Shown piece after piece: positions 62,867 through 64,000 of a DNA stretch of 64,000 nt. Source of the DNA: Wickerhamiella versatilis. Taxonomy: Eukaryota. Under the pieces are notes generated by a model. The model saw only the letters and a list, made by a program, of their open reading frames with translations, made no database searches and was not told the origin of the DNA. A program made the position numbers and the translations under genes. The stretch's first letter is position 1; the number at the start of each line of letters is the position of its first letter. The DNA is taken from contig JAQOWU010000007.1 in assembly GCA_030867685.1 (NCBI GenBank), positions 620,001 through 684,000 on the forward strand, read 5' to 3'.

Positions 62867-64000
62867 CTAAGGGCGGACTCTCTTTGGGTCGCGTGGGAAC
62901 AAAGACGCGCGACGAATGTTCTTCAAGTCCAGGAAAAACATAACCACACGCTCCAGTCCAATACCACCGCCTGCATGTGGCGGGGCACCATATTCAAATG
63001 CTCTGACGTAGTCCTTAATACCATCTTGTTCAGGGTCAATCTCGTGCGCCTTCAAACGCTCTCGAAGAAGATCCGCATCATGGACACGCTGAGCACCACT
63101 TAGGATTTCCTCACCACGCATGAAGAAATCATAAGAATTAGAATACCGAGGATCCTCGGGATCTGGCATGGTGTAGAAAGGCCTGATATTCAAGGGGAAT
63201 TTATCAAGAATGTAGAAGTCCGAATGGTAGGTGTCACGCACAATTTTTCCAAGAGCTTTCTCCTGTTCGGTAGAAAGGTCCTCAAAGTCTGAAATATCAG
63301 GATAACCATTTTCACGCAGCAGCTTCATCGCCTGTGGATAATGAAGGCGAGGGATTTCATCAGGTACCAGGAACTCCTCAACAGGGAACTGCTTGCGTAC
63401 AACAGCTATGTCATCGGCATACCTATTTTTCAGCTCCTTAAAAATGAACACAAACATGTCGCTAAGTAGCTTCACTACTTCGTCGTAATGTTCATTAAAT
63501 GCCATTTCCATATCGAGTCCTACAAATTCTGTCATATGTCGATGTGTGTTGCTGTTTTCTGCACGAAAGATGGGAGCTATCTCAAAGACTTTGTCAAAAT
63601 CTGCAGAAACAAGCATCTGCTTGTAAAACTGTGGAGATTGCGCCAAGAAAGCATTTCCCTTGAAGTAATCTACCTTAAAGACGTTGGCGCCACCTTCGGA
63701 GGAAGCACCAAGCAGCTTGGGTGTATGAATTTCAGTGAAATAGTGTTTCATCAAAAACTCACGGAATAGAGCACACACAGCAGCTTGGATACGGAAAATG
63801 GATTGATTTACAGGCGTTCGAAGGTCAATTGTACGTGAGTCAAGCCTAGTATCGAGGTTGACCACTGGCAGGCCAAGCGCCTCTGCTTCTGCATCAGACC
63901 GGGACGCATCCTCTACCAAAATTGGCATTTGAGAGGGCGTGATGCATTGCGCATGTATTTCACCTATATGAATTTCGACATCCTGCACTGATGCACTTGT
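62867..64000 (-). CDS. DPS1: Cytosolic aspartyl-tRNA synthetase (partial; 5' end beyond the window)
   Basis: [37 protein letters not shown] and LFPRDPKR. Confidence 0.97.
   Translation of the reverse strand, partial: TSASVQDVEIHIGEIHAQCITPSQMPILVEDASRSDAEAEALGLPVVNLDTRLDSRTIDLRTPVNQSIFRIQAAVCALFREFLMKHYFTEIHTPKLLGASSEGGANVFKVDYFKGNAFLAQSPQFYKQMLVSADFDKVFEIAPIFRAENSNTHRHMTEFVGLDMEMAFNEHYDEVVKLLSDMFVFIFKELKNRYADDIAVVRKQFPVEEFLVPDEIPRLHYPQAMKLLRENGYPDISDFEDLSTEQEKALGKIVRDTYHSDFYILDKFPLNIRPFYTMPDPEDPRYSNSYDFFMRGEEILSGAQRVHDADLLRERLKAHEIDPEQDGIKDYVRAFEYGAPPHAGGGIGLERVVMFFLDLKNIRRASLFPRDPKRVRP

Overview
A very gene-dense, almost intron-free eukaryotic window from an ascomycete budding yeast, with about 47 protein genes in 64 kb. 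It uses the standard code: CTG encodes a conserved Leu in histone H3. Atg101, a Sar1/GapA-type RasGAP and a TilS homologue argue against Saccharomycetaceae. Extreme compaction plus a bacterial-type gene fit the Wickerhamiella/Starmerella (Dipodascomycetes) group, but that placement is inference. Most genes are housekeeping (PRP39, CRZ1, OLE1, SEC62, INO80, ILS1, DPS1 and others). The main oddities are: (1) a stand-alone, strongly diverged histone H3 with an N-tail insertion, charge reversals and a C-terminal extension; (2) an intronless bacterial-type thymidine/pyrimidine-nucleoside phosphorylase, probably horizontally acquired; (3) a CLC protein with channel-like or degenerate ion-pathway residues; (4) TilS directly upstream of IleRS; (5) a secreted Ser/Thr-rich protein with a Gly-Gly-Tyr repeat tail; (6) intergenic spacers as short as 11-65 bp and a recurring TTACGT(C/A)A motif near start codons. 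No tRNA, rRNA, CRISPR or transposon could be supported. All gene calls come from motif recognition, not database searches.
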